From NCBI GenBank assembly GCA_963715985.1, contig CAVQSP010000014.1:608001-672000 (forward strand): a stretch of DNA of 64,000 nucleotides. Direction: 5' to 3'. Position numbers and translations under genes: made by a program. Below are positions 18,704 through 27,797 of the stretch, piece after piece (position 1 is the first letter of the stretch; each line of letters opens with the position of its first letter). The notes beneath the pieces were generated by a model. The model did not search any database. It saw nothing but the letters and a program-made list of their open reading frames with translations, and had not been told where the DNA came from. The stretch comes from an uncultured Thermoleophilia bacterium. Lineage in GTDB: Bacteria > Actinomycetota > Thermoleophilia > UBA2241.

Positions 18704-19943
18704 ATGGAGGACGAAGAAGTCACGCGAGCTCTTCGAGCGTCTCGCGAAGGTCATGCCCGGTGCGAGCACCCGTACCGTCACTCACTACGACCCCTTCCCG
18801 ATCGCGCTCGAGCGCGGACAGGGCTGCCGTCTCTGGGACGTCGACGGCAACGAGTACATCGACCTGCTCAACAACTACACCGCCCTCGTGCACGGTCACA
18901 ACCACCCGGCCATCGTTGAGGCCCTCGCTCGCACGGCGACGGGGGCGCTTATCCGCGGCCGTGCCGGCGCCCATCGAGCTGCAGGGCGAGTTGGCGTAGC
19001 GCGCTGTGCGCGCGCACGCCCTCCATCGACCGCGTGCGCTTCACCAACTCGGCCTCGGAGGCCGTGATGATGGCTGTCCGCGTAGCCCGCGCCTACACCG
19101 GGAAGGACGACTTCATCATGCCGGCCAACGGCTATGGCGGGGGCTGGGACCAGGTGATGCTGGCCGGCACAGACGAGGAGCATCCAGAGGGCTCCCAGGG
19201 CAACGTACCGGCAGGCATCCCGAAGATCCTGACCGAGGTCGTCCACTTCGTGCGCTTCAACGACCTCGGGCACTTGGAGCAGGTGCTGGACGACGCACGG
19301 CCCCACCACCGCGGCCGTCCTGCTCGAGCCGATCCTTGGACACACCGTCGTGCCCGGCGACCCCGACTTCGTCCGTGCCGCCCTACGCCTGGCGCACGAG
19401 CACGGAGCACTCCTGATCCTGGACGAGACCATCACCTCGCGCCTGTACGTGGGCGGCTGGCAAGCCGAACACGGCATTGAGGCCGACCTGACCACTCTCG
19501 GCAAGACGATCGGCGGCGGCACACCGGTCGGTGCGTTCGGCGGCAAGGAGCACGTGATGCGCATCCTCGACCCGCGCGCGGACGACGCCCTCGCCGCGCA
19601 TGGGACCATGAACGGCAGCCCGCTGTGCATGGCCGCCGGCTGCGCCAGCCTCGACCTGCTGACGCAGGAGGCCATCGACCGCATCAACGGCATGGGCGAC
19701 TTCCTCACCTCTGAGCTCGACGTCATCGGCCGCGAGGCCGGCGTGCGCGTGCACAACTACGGTTCTCTGCTCCAGGTCATGGCCCCCGACATCCTCGCGT
19801 TCCACCGAGCCTGCCTCGAGGAAGGGCTGTACATCGCCCCGCGCGGCAGCATGAACCTGTCCACCGTGATGGACGACGAAGTCCTCGGGGAGATCGCTGC
19901 GGCCTGGGCACGCGCCGTGGAGCGGACCAGCACCGCGCACTGA
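18704..19943 (+). CDS. Class III aminotransferase (glutamate-1-semialdehyde aminomutase-like); four +1 frameshifts
   Basis: Reconstructed METKKSRELFERLAKVMPG..., WDVDGNEYID, RFTNSASEA, AAVLLEP, ILDETIT, DLTTLGKTIGGG. Shifts near 18709, 18945, 18997 and 19295. May be a pseudogene if the indels are real. Confidence 0.8.
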
Positions 19944-20001
19944 AGGTCCGGCCCACGAGCAGTCCGTCCAGTCCAGAACTGACGAAGGAGAGCGCGTCAC
20001 G

Positions 20002-21447
20002 ATGGCGACCAAGACCGTGTCCTTGCTGAGCGAGGAGGCGCTGGACCGCATCCACGCCGAGTCCCTGAGGATCCTCGAGAACATCGGTGTGCGCGTGGAG
20101 AACGCCGGGTGTCGCGACGTGCTCATCAAGGCGGGCGCCGTGGCCGTTGGGCAGACGGACGTCCTGCGGCTGCCGGCGACCATGGTCGGGGAGGCCATGG
20201 CGCAGATCACCAAGACGTACGACCTCGTACACCCCGGGGGTGCGCGCATCAGGACGCCGGACGGCAGGCAGCACGCCGGCGTGCGCGTCAAGATGCCCAA
20301 GGTGCTCGACTACGGCGCCGACCACTTCCGGCCGCCGCGCCGCCAGGACGTGATCGACCTGTGCCGCATCACCAACGCCCTTCCCGGCGCCGAGTTCACG
20401 GTGGCCATCCAGTACCCGAGCAGCGACGTCCCGGTCGAGATCGACGTCGCCGACAGCCTCGGGCTGGTGCTGGCCATCACCGGCAAGCTCAGCCTGCTGG
20501 CCCCCGGCACCGTGGACGACGCCCGCACCTCGCTGGATCTGACGATGGCGGCGGCCGGCACCGACGATCTGGACCGCGACCCTGCCACCTGGGTGGAGAT
20601 CAACACCACGACGCCCCTCGTGCTCGGGCGCCGTGAGGGCGACATCATCCTGCACGTCGTCGGGCGCTGCTGCCCGGTGGACGTGGGGCCGATGCCGATC
20701 GCCGGCGTCGCGACGCCGGCGACGCTGGCCGCCAACCTCGCGCTCGGCAACGCCGAGGCGCTCTTCCTGTGCACCCTCGCCAACGCCATCTGGCCCGGCG
20801 CCAAGATCCTCCACGCCACGACCGGCTCGCTGATGAACATGCGCACCGGGTATCTCTCGATGGGCTCGGCCGAGACCTGTCTCCTGAGCAGCGGAGAGAT
20901 GGCGCTCGCCAAGTACTACGGGCTGCCGAGCACGCGCATGGGCGGCTACAGCGACTCCCAGTGGCCAGACGTGCAGGCTGGGATCGAGAAGGCCATGGCG
21001 CTGCTCATCCTCGCGCAGAGCGAGGCCGACTTCGTCACCATGGGCGGCCCCCTCGACAACGCGGCGCACCACAGCTACGAGCAGGTGGTCATCGACCACG
21101 ACATCTGGGAGATGGCGCAGCGGCTCACCACCGAGATCGTGGTCGACGACGCCACGCTGGCCTACGACGTCATCGAGAAGGTCGGCCCGGGCGGCTCGTT
21201 CCTCGGCGAGAGGCACACCAGGCGCGCCGTACAGGCGGGCGAGCACTACTACGGCGGCTCGTTCAACCACATGGGGCGCACGGGTCAGGAGTACACGATG
21301 CTGGCGCGGGCGCACCAGAGGGTGCAGGACATCCTGGCGCAGCCGTTCGAGTTCGGCGCGCCGCCGGACGCGGTGCTGCGCGTCAAAGACTACGTGCGCG
21401 CGCACGCCCTGGAGAAGGGCGTCGCGCCGCCGGCGTGGACGGAGTGA
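20002..21447 (+). CDS. MttB-superfamily (trimethylamine methyltransferase-like) corrinoid methyltransferase without pyrrolysine
   Basis: LDRIHAESLRILENIGV, GVATPATLAANLALGNAE, YGLPS...GGYSDSQWPDVQAGIEK, SYEQVVIDHD, VGPGGSFLGERHT. No internal TAG. Confidence 0.92.
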   Translation: MATKTVSLLSEEALDRIHAESLRILENIGVRVENAGCRDVLIKAGAVAVGQTDVLRLPATMVGEAMAQITKTYDLVHPGGARIRTPDGRQHAGVRVKMPKVLDYGADHFRPPRRQDVIDLCRITNALPGAEFTVAIQYPSSDVPVEIDVADSLGLVLAITGKLSLLAPGTVDDARTSLDLTMAAAGTDDLDRDPATWVEINTTTPLVLGRREGDIILHVVGRCCPVDVGPMPIAGVATPATLAANLALGNAEALFLCTLANAIWPGAKILHATTGSLMNMRTGYLSMGSAETCLLSSGEMALAKYYGLPSTRMGGYSDSQWPDVQAGIEKAMALLILAQSEADFVTMGGPLDNAAHHSYEQVVIDHDIWEMAQRLTTEIVVDDATLAYDVIEKVGPGGSFLGERHTRRAVQAGEHYYGGSFNHMGRTGQEYTMLARAHQRVQDILAQPFEFGAPPDAVLRVKDYVRAHALEKGVAPPAWTE

Positions 21448-21520
21448 CGCCGGCGCGGGCCTGGGCCGAGGGCCAGGACTGAGCGCCGGCGCCGGAGCAA
21501 GATCTTCGAGGAGGCGGAAC

Positions 21521-22372
21521 GTGGCGAAGAAGAGCGTCTTCGACCTGCACGAGATGAAGCGCGCCGGCGAGCAGATCGCCTGGCTCACCGCCTACGACTA
21601 CCCGACGGCGCAGTTCGAGGAGGCGGCCGGCGTCGACATGATCCTCGTCGGCGACTCGCTGGGCATGTGCGTCTACGGCTACCCCGGCACCGTCCCGGTG
21701 ACGATGGACCAGTGCCTCGTGCACAGTGAAGCGGTGCGCCGCGGCGCCCCGGACACCTTCGTCCTCGGCGACATGCCGCTGGGCAGCTACCAGGCCTGCG
21801 ACGCAGACGCCGTGCGCAACGCCATCCGCTTCCTGAAAGAGGCGAACGTCGACGCCGTCAAGCTCGAGGGCGGCGTGCGCACGCTCTCCCGCGTCACGGC
21901 GATCCTCGCGGCCGGCGTCGCCGTCTGCGGCCACATCGGGCTCACGCCGCAGTCCTCGGGGCAGCTCGGCGGGCACAAGGCGCAGGGCCGCACCCTCGCC
22001 TCGGCCCAGCTCGTCGTCGAGGACGCCCGCGCCCTCTACGAGGCCGGCGTCCAGCTCCTCCTCGTCGAGGCCGTGCCCCCCGAGGTCGCCGCCTTCATCG
22101 CCCGCGAGCTGCCCATCCCCGTGCTCGGCATCGGGGCGGGGGCGGACGTTGACGGGCAAGTGTTGATCGTCAGCGACGTTCTCGGCACCTTTCAGGCGTT
22201 CACGCCGAAGTTCGTCAAACGGTACGCCGACCTCGCCGAGGTCGCGACGTCGGCCTTGCGGGAGTACGTCTCCGACGTGAGGAGCGGAGCCTTTCCGGAG
22301 GAGACTCACTGCTACCGCATGCTGGACGGCGAGCACGAGCGGTTCGCCGCCTGGGCGCGGGAGTCCCGATGA
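21521..22372 (+). CDS. panB: 3-methyl-2-oxobutanoate hydroxymethyltransferase
   Basis: LTAYD, ILVGDSLG, GDMP, VKLEGG, GHIGLTPQ, GIGAG...DGQVL. Confidence 0.93.
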   Translation: MAKKSVFDLHEMKRAGEQIAWLTAYDYPTAQFEEAAGVDMILVGDSLGMCVYGYPGTVPVTMDQCLVHSEAVRRGAPDTFVLGDMPLGSYQACDADAVRNAIRFLKEANVDAVKLEGGVRTLSRVTAILAAGVAVCGHIGLTPQSSGQLGGHKAQGRTLASAQLVVEDARALYEAGVQLLLVEAVPPEVAAFIARELPIPVLGIGAGADVDGQVLIVSDVLGTFQAFTPKFVKRYADLAEVATSALREYVSDVRSGAFPEETHCYRMLDGEHERFAAWARESR

Positions 22373-23595
22373 TCTCGCGCACGGTCGCACCGGGGTTCCT
22401 TGCGGCGCAGCGCGTCGACCGCCTCGGTACGGAGCTGGTCTTCGAGGTGGCGGAGGAGGCGAAGGCGCTGGCCGCACGTGGCCGCGCCGTGTATCCCTTC
22501 CACATGGGTGAGCTGGACTTCGCGACCGCCGACCACATCGTCGAGGCCTGCGCCCGGGCGCTCAGGGACGGCAAGACCAAGTACACGCCCAACGGCGGCC
22601 TGCCCGCGCTGAGAGAGGCGCTGGCGGAGGACGTCGCCGCAGAGCGCGGAGTCGTCTACGGCCCGGACAACGTCGCCATCCAGCCCGCCGGCAAGCCCGT
22701 GATCGGCAAGTTCCTGCTGACGCTCATGGACCCCGGAGACGAGGTGCTCTACCCGAACCCCGGGTTCCCCATCTACAGCTCGCTCATCGACTTCTTCGGC
22801 GGCGTCGCCGTGCCGTATCCGTACCTCGAACGCGCGGACGGCTTCCACATCGACCTCGACAGGCTTGAGAGCAGCATCACCCCGCGCACGCGCCTCCTCA
22901 TCCTCAACGACCAGCACAACCCCACAGGCGGCGAGTGCACGCCCCCCGAGCAGGCACGCCTCGCGGAGCTCGTGCTCCGCCACAACCTGTTCGTGCTCTC
23001 CGACGAGGCCTACTTCGCGATCCGCTACGAGGGTGAGAGCCGGTCCATCGTGTCGCTGCCCGGCATGGCCGAGCGGACCGTCATCCTCTACACCTTCGGC
23101 AAGAAGTACGCGATGACGGGGTTCCGCCTGGGCGCTGCCATCGGACCCCGCCCGGTGATCGATGTGATCGTCCGGCTGAACGTCAACTGGGAGGCCTGCT
23201 GCAACGAGTTCGCACAGTACGGCGCGGTGGCGGCGCTGACCGGTGACCAGGCGTCCCGTCTGCGCATGCTCGACGTGCTGCGCGAGCGGCGGGACGCGGG
23301 CGCTGCGATCCTGGACGACACGCCGGGCATCGTTTGCCGGCGACCCGACACCACGTTCTACCTGTACCCCAACGTCACCGGCGCAGTGCGCCTGTGCGGT
23401 TGTGACGACCACGAGACGTTCCGGCGCCTGGTGCTCGAGAAGACGGGCGTGTCGTTCTGTACGCGGCCGCAGTTCGGCACGCCGCTGCCCGGGGAGCGCG
23501 ACTACTTCCTGCGCATCTCCTACTCCGGCCTCACGACTGCACTCATTGAGGAGGGCCTGGGCGAGCTGCGGTCGTTCTTGCGCACCTTGTCCTGA
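22369..23595 (+). CDS. Class I/II PLP aminotransferase (AspAT-like)
   Basis: GELDF, TKYTPNGGLPALR, PNPGFPIY, HNPTG, SDEAY, KKYAMTGFRLG. Confidence 0.9.
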   Translation: MISRTVAPGFLAAQRVDRLGTELVFEVAEEAKALAARGRAVYPFHMGELDFATADHIVEACARALRDGKTKYTPNGGLPALREALAEDVAAERGVVYGPDNVAIQPAGKPVIGKFLLTLMDPGDEVLYPNPGFPIYSSLIDFFGGVAVPYPYLERADGFHIDLDRLESSITPRTRLLILNDQHNPTGGECTPPEQARLAELVLRHNLFVLSDEAYFAIRYEGESRSIVSLPGMAERTVILYTFGKKYAMTGFRLGAAIGPRPVIDVIVRLNVNWEACCNEFAQYGAVAALTGDQASRLRMLDVLRERRDAGAAILDDTPGIVCRRPDTTFYLYPNVTGAVRLCGCDDHETFRRLVLEKTGVSFCTRPQFGTPLPGERDYFLRISYSGLTTALIEEGLGELRSFLRTLS

Positions 23596-23802
23596 CCACC
23601 ATCCCGAATCCGGCACCTCGCGACCTCGAAGCACCGCCGGTCAGGGCCGGCTGCGATCCGGCGGCGACCACAGGACACACCAGGTCGAACCTATGGTTAG
23701 CCTCTGTTGCATCGGACTCCCTGGGGAGCGACGCTGTGAGGCGTCAAGTGGAGCCACTGCCCCGGGCAGCTCGTGCGGGGCCGAGCGCAGAGGAGACGGT
23801 CG

Positions 23803-26800
23803 ATGAGCACCCTCAGCCCGCGACGTCACAGCGATCCCGGGACGCGGACCGCAGGCCGCGACGACGTCGAGGCCGCCATCCGCGCCAAAGCGCACGAGCT
23901 CTTCACGCTCGTCGGACGGCATCGGTCCTCGCCGTTGACGGGTGAGCGCTGGCAGAGCGAGATGATGGCCTGGGCCACGGCGGACGAGCGGCTCAAGATC
24001 GAGCTCTTCCGCTTCATCGACGTGTTCCCGACGTTGCGCACCGGGGCCGACATCCAGCGTCATCTGCGCGAGTACCTCGACCAGCCTGGTCTGGCGACGC
24101 CACGGCTCCTGCGCGCCGGCCTCGCGGCCTCGCGGGAGCGCCACGTGGCACCGCTGGCCGCGGCCCTGATCCGGCGGCAGATGCTGAGCTTCGCGCGGCG
24201 CTTCATCGTCGGCCGCGATGCCGAGGACGCCCTTCCGGCACTCCGTGCGCTGCGCCGCCGCGGCATGGGATTCACGCTCGACGTGCTCGGCGAGGCCTCC
24301 GTGGGAGAACTGGAGGTGGCGGCCTACCAGGAGCGCTACCTCCAACTGCTCGAGGGACTCCGTCACGAGGCCGAGAGCTGGCCCTTCGATCCCATCCTGG
24401 ACCGCGCGGCGTGGGGGCCGGTGCCACGCGTCAACGTCTCGATCAAGATCACGTCTCTCTATTCGCAGATAGACCCGCTGGCCTTCCGCCGCTCGGTGGA
24501 CGCGGTGAAGGACAGGCTGCGTCCGGTCCTTCGCAGGGCGGCAGCGACCGGCGCCTTCGTGAACCTCGACCTCGAGCAGTTCCGCTATCGCGATCTCACG
24601 TTCGCCGTGTTCAAGGAACTGCTGGACGAGGACGAGTTCGCGCACTACGACGAGGCCGGAGTGGTCGTGCAGGCGTACCTGCGTGACGCCGAGGCCGACA
24701 TCCGTGCACTCATCGAATGGGCACGCGAGCGCGGGCGCGTGGTCACGGTGCGCCTCGTGAAGGGCGCGTACTGGGACTACGAGACGGTGCAGGCGGCGCA
24801 GGAGGGGTGGCCGGCCCCGGTGTTCACGCACAAGCCTGATTCGGACGTGACGTACGAGCGCATCACGCGCCTCATGCTGGAGCATCCGGCGCAGATCCGC
24901 CCCGCCTTCGCCAGTCACAACGTGCGTTCGCTCGCCTGCGCCATCGCCACGGCGGAGTCGCTGGGGTTGGCGAGCGACGCGTTCGAGCTCCAGCTTCTGC
25001 ACGGCATGGGTGAGCCAATCAAGGCGGCGCTCAGAGCCATGGGCCTGCGCGTCAGGGAGTACGCGCCGGTCGGGGAGCTCATCCCCGGCATGGCGTACTT
25101 CGTCCGCCGCCTGCTCGAGAACACGGCCAACGAGTCGTTTCTGCGGCTCACCTTCGCCGAGGGCGAGGACCGGGAGCGCCTGGAGCGTGCGCCGCGGCCG
25201 TCGCCCGACGTGGACCGGCCGCCGCAGCGGCTGCCCGCCGGCGCGCCCACCCACGTCGCCTATCCCGGCGCGTTCACCAATCAGCCGCACGCCGACTTCT
25301 CGCGGGAGGAGAACCGGACGGCCTTCGCCGAAGCCCTTGCGCGCGTGAGCGCCGGCACGGCTGCAGCGGGGGTCGGCCACCACTGGCCGCTCTGGATCGA
25401 CGGGGAGGCCGTGGAGACCGTCGACACCCTGACGTCTGTCGAGCCTGCCCGGCCGCAACGGGTGGTCGGGACGGCGGCGTACGCGGGCCCCCTCGAGGCG
25501 GAGGGCGCGGTGGCCGCGGCGCGCGCTGCCTTCACGTCGTGGAGCGTCACGCCGCCGGCGGGGCGCGCGGAGGTCCTCTTCCGCGCCGCCGAGCTGATGC
25601 GCCGCGAGCTCTTCGAGCTCGCGGCCCTCGAGGTGTTCGAGGCGGGCAAGACGTGGCGGGAGGCCGATGCCGACGTCGGCGAGGCCGTCGACTTCCTCGA
25701 GTACTACGGGCGTGAGATCCTGCGGCTCGAGGCCGAAGGCCGACTGGCCGCCGGGGACGACCGCGGCGACGGCCTCCTGCGGCCCCTGGGCGTCGCCCTC
25801 GTCGTCGCCCCGTGGAACTTCCCCCTCGCCATCCTCACCGGGATGGCCAGCGCCGCCCTGGTCACCGGCAACACCGTCATCGTCAAACCGGCGGGGCCGA
25901 CACCGGTGATCGGCGCGCAGCTGGCGCGCATCCTGCACGCCGCCGGCGCGCCGCCCGGGACCTTCAACTACCTACCTTCGCCCGGCGCCACCGTGGGTGA
26001 CCTCCTCGTGCGGCACCCGGGCGTGGACATCATCGTGTTCACCGGCTCCAAGGACGTGGGTCTGCACATCATCGAGGAGGCGGCCTGCCACCCCACCTCT
26101 CGCGGCCTGAAGCGGGTGATCGCCGAGATGGGCGGCAAGAACGCGCTCATCGTCGACGCCGACGCCGACCTCGACGTGGCCGTGCAGGAGTCCGTCGTCA
26201 GCGCCTTCCACTTCCAGGGCCAGAAGTGCTCGGCGGCCTCCCGCATCATCGTCCTGGAGTCCGCCTACGACGAGTTCCTCGCGCGTTTCGTGGACGCCGC
26301 GCGATCAGTAACGGTCGGCCCGCCCGACGATCCCTCCAGCCGCATGGGCCCAATCATCTCGGATGAAGCGCGGAAGACCATCGAGGCCTACATCGAGCAG
26401 GGCCTGCGGGAGGGCCGGCCGGCCCTCGTGACGAGGCCGCCGGCCGGCGGCTGGCCCGATGGCGGCTTCTATGTCGGTCCGCACGTGTTCGCCGACGTCG
26501 CGCCGACGGCGGTCATCGCCCAGGAGGAGATCTTCGGACCCGTGGTGGCCGTGATCAAGGTCCGCGACATCGATGAGGCGCTCGCCGTCGCCAACGGCAC
26601 GGAGTACGCGCTCACCGGCGGGTTGATCTCACGAAGCCCGGCGACGATCGCCCGTGTGCGCCGCGAGTTCAAGGTCGGCAACCTCTACATCAACCGGGGC
26701 ACGACGGGAGCCCTCGTGGAGCGCCAGGCGTTCGGCGGCTTCAAGATGAGCGGCATCGGCAGCAAGGCCGGCGGTCCGGACTACCTCGTGCAGTTCCTGA

Positions 26801-27699
26801 GCGAGGCCGGGCCGGCCCGGCTCGACGCCGTCACACAGGCCGCGGTCGCGGCGCCGCTGCGGCAGTCTGCGTCGCCACCAGCGACGCCGACCGGGGGCAT
26901 GGAGGAGATGGGGCGGGAGGCCGCCGCCCTGGTTGTCGGCCGGGTCGCAGGCTCGGCCGGCGCGCTGGGACGCATGACGGCGGAGCAGCGCGCCGCCGCC
27001 GTCCGGCGCGCCGCACGGCTGGTGCGATCGAACGGCCGGGAGCTGCAGTCCGCGATGCTAGCCGAGGGGTCCTGCGCGGGCCCCGACGAGCTGCAGGACG
27101 CCGCTCGAGAGGTGGCCGAGGCGGCGGACGACCTCGACCTCATCGCGAAACTCAGCGGCGAGGTCGACCGCGTCCGCCGGATGGGCCACCAGCCGGGGGA
27201 GCTCAATCACTACTTCTATGAGCCGAGAGGACTGGTGCTGGCGCTGACCTCGTCTCGGCGCCCGCTCACGAGCGCCTGCGTTGCCGCCGGAGCGGCGCTG
27301 GCCGCCGGCGACCCCGTCGTGCTCAAGCCGGGGAGCCGCGCACGTTCCAGCACCCTCCTGATCGCTCGCCACCTTGTTGCCGCGGGCTTCCCTGCCGACG
27401 CCGTGGGGTTCGTCGCCGCGAGCGGCGACGCGCTAGGGGAGGAGCTGATCGCTCATCCCGACGTGAGTGTGGTGGCCTTCAGCGGTACGCGTCCGGTGGC
27501 GCTGCGAGTGGCGGCCGCAGTCGGGCGCCGGGGGGTGGGGGAGCGGGTCAAACGGCTCGTCGCCGATCTCGACCCCTCGCAGCCACGTCGCCCCTCGGCC
27601 GCCTACCTCGTGGAGTTCCTCGAGCCCCGCGTGGTCACGGAGAACACGTTGCGGCGCGGCTTCGCGCCGTCAGAAGACCTGGTCGAAGTGGCCCGGTGA
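23803..27699 (+). CDS. putA: Bifunctional proline dehydrogenase/P5C dehydrogenase with an extra C-terminal non-catalytic ALDH-like domain (about 1298 aa)
   Basis: RLVKGAYWD, FASHN, RRLLEN, PWNFPLAI, FTGS, EMGGKN, GQKCSA, EEIFGP, GSKAGGPDYL, then about 290 extra residues. AGGAG RBS before ATG 23803. Confidence 0.93.
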   Translation: MSTLSPRRHSDPGTRTAGRDDVEAAIRAKAHELFTLVGRHRSSPLTGERWQSEMMAWATADERLKIELFRFIDVFPTLRTGADIQRHLREYLDQPGLATPRLLRAGLAASRERHVAPLAAALIRRQMLSFARRFIVGRDAEDALPALRALRRRGMGFTLDVLGEASVGELEVAAYQERYLQLLEGLRHEAESWPFDPILDRAAWGPVPRVNVSIKITSLYSQIDPLAFRRSVDAVKDRLRPVLRRAAATGAFVNLDLEQFRYRDLTFAVFKELLDEDEFAHYDEAGVVVQAYLRDAEADIRALIEWARERGRVVTVRLVKGAYWDYETVQAAQEGWPAPVFTHKPDSDVTYERITRLMLEHPAQIRPAFASHNVRSLACAIATAESLGLASDAFELQLLHGMGEPIKAALRAMGLRVREYAPVGELIPGMAYFVRRLLENTANESFLRLTFAEGEDRERLERAPRPSPDVDRPPQRLPAGAPTHVAYPGAFTNQPHADFSREENRTAFAEALARVSAGTAAAGVGHHWPLWIDGEAVETVDTLTSVEPARPQRVVGTAAYAGPLEAEGAVAAARAAFTSWSVTPPAGRAEVLFRAAELMRRELFELAALEVFEAGKTWREADADVGEAVDFLEYYGREILRLEAEGRLAAGDDRGDGLLRPLGVALVVAPWNFPLAILTGMASAALVTGNTVIVKPAGPTPVIGAQLARILHAAGAPPGTFNYLPSPGATVGDLLVRHPGVDIIVFTGSKDVGLHIIEEAACHPTSRGLKRVIAEMGGKNALIVDADADLDVAVQESVVSAFHFQGQKCSAASRIIVLESAYDEFLARFVDAARSVTVGPPDDPSSRMGPIISDEARKTIEAYIEQGLREGRPALVTRPPAGGWPDGGFYVGPHVFADVAPTAVIAQEEIFGPVVAVIKVRDIDEALAVANGTEYALTGGLISRSPATIARVRREFKVGNLYINRGTTGALVERQAFGGFKMSGIGSKAGGPDYLVQFLSEAGPARLDAVTQAAVAAPLRQSASPPATPTGGMEEMGREAAALVVGRVAGSAGALGRMTAEQRAAAVRRAARLVRSNGRELQSAMLAEGSCAGPDELQDAAREVAEAADDLDLIAKLSGEVDRVRRMGHQPGELNHYFYEPRGLVLALTSSRRPLTSACVAAGAALAAGDPVVLKPGSRARSSTLLIARHLVAAGFPADAVGFVAASGDALGEELIAHPDVSVVAFSGTRPVALRVAAAVGRRGVGERVKRLVADLDPSQPRRPSAAYLVEFLEPRVVTENTLRRGFAPSEDLVEVAR

Positions 27700-27797
27700 C
27701 TCGTCGTCCACACCCGGGCCGCGCTCCCGTCACGGCTTCGGGGCTGAGGCGTTGTCCGTGGGTCACGATGCTGGAAGACTGAGCGTTCGCGAGCCCC

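Noticed and set aside
18997-18999. In-frame TAG in the aminotransferase as possible pyrrolysine read-through
   Set aside because: The frame also shifts at this point. Deleting the single T gives LA-SALCART in the correct frame, the site is not catalytic, and no pyl genes are in the window.
23706-23711. GTTGCA as a PutA autorepression box
   Set aside because: It is a single hexamer, and this PutA has no N-terminal ribbon-helix-helix domain.
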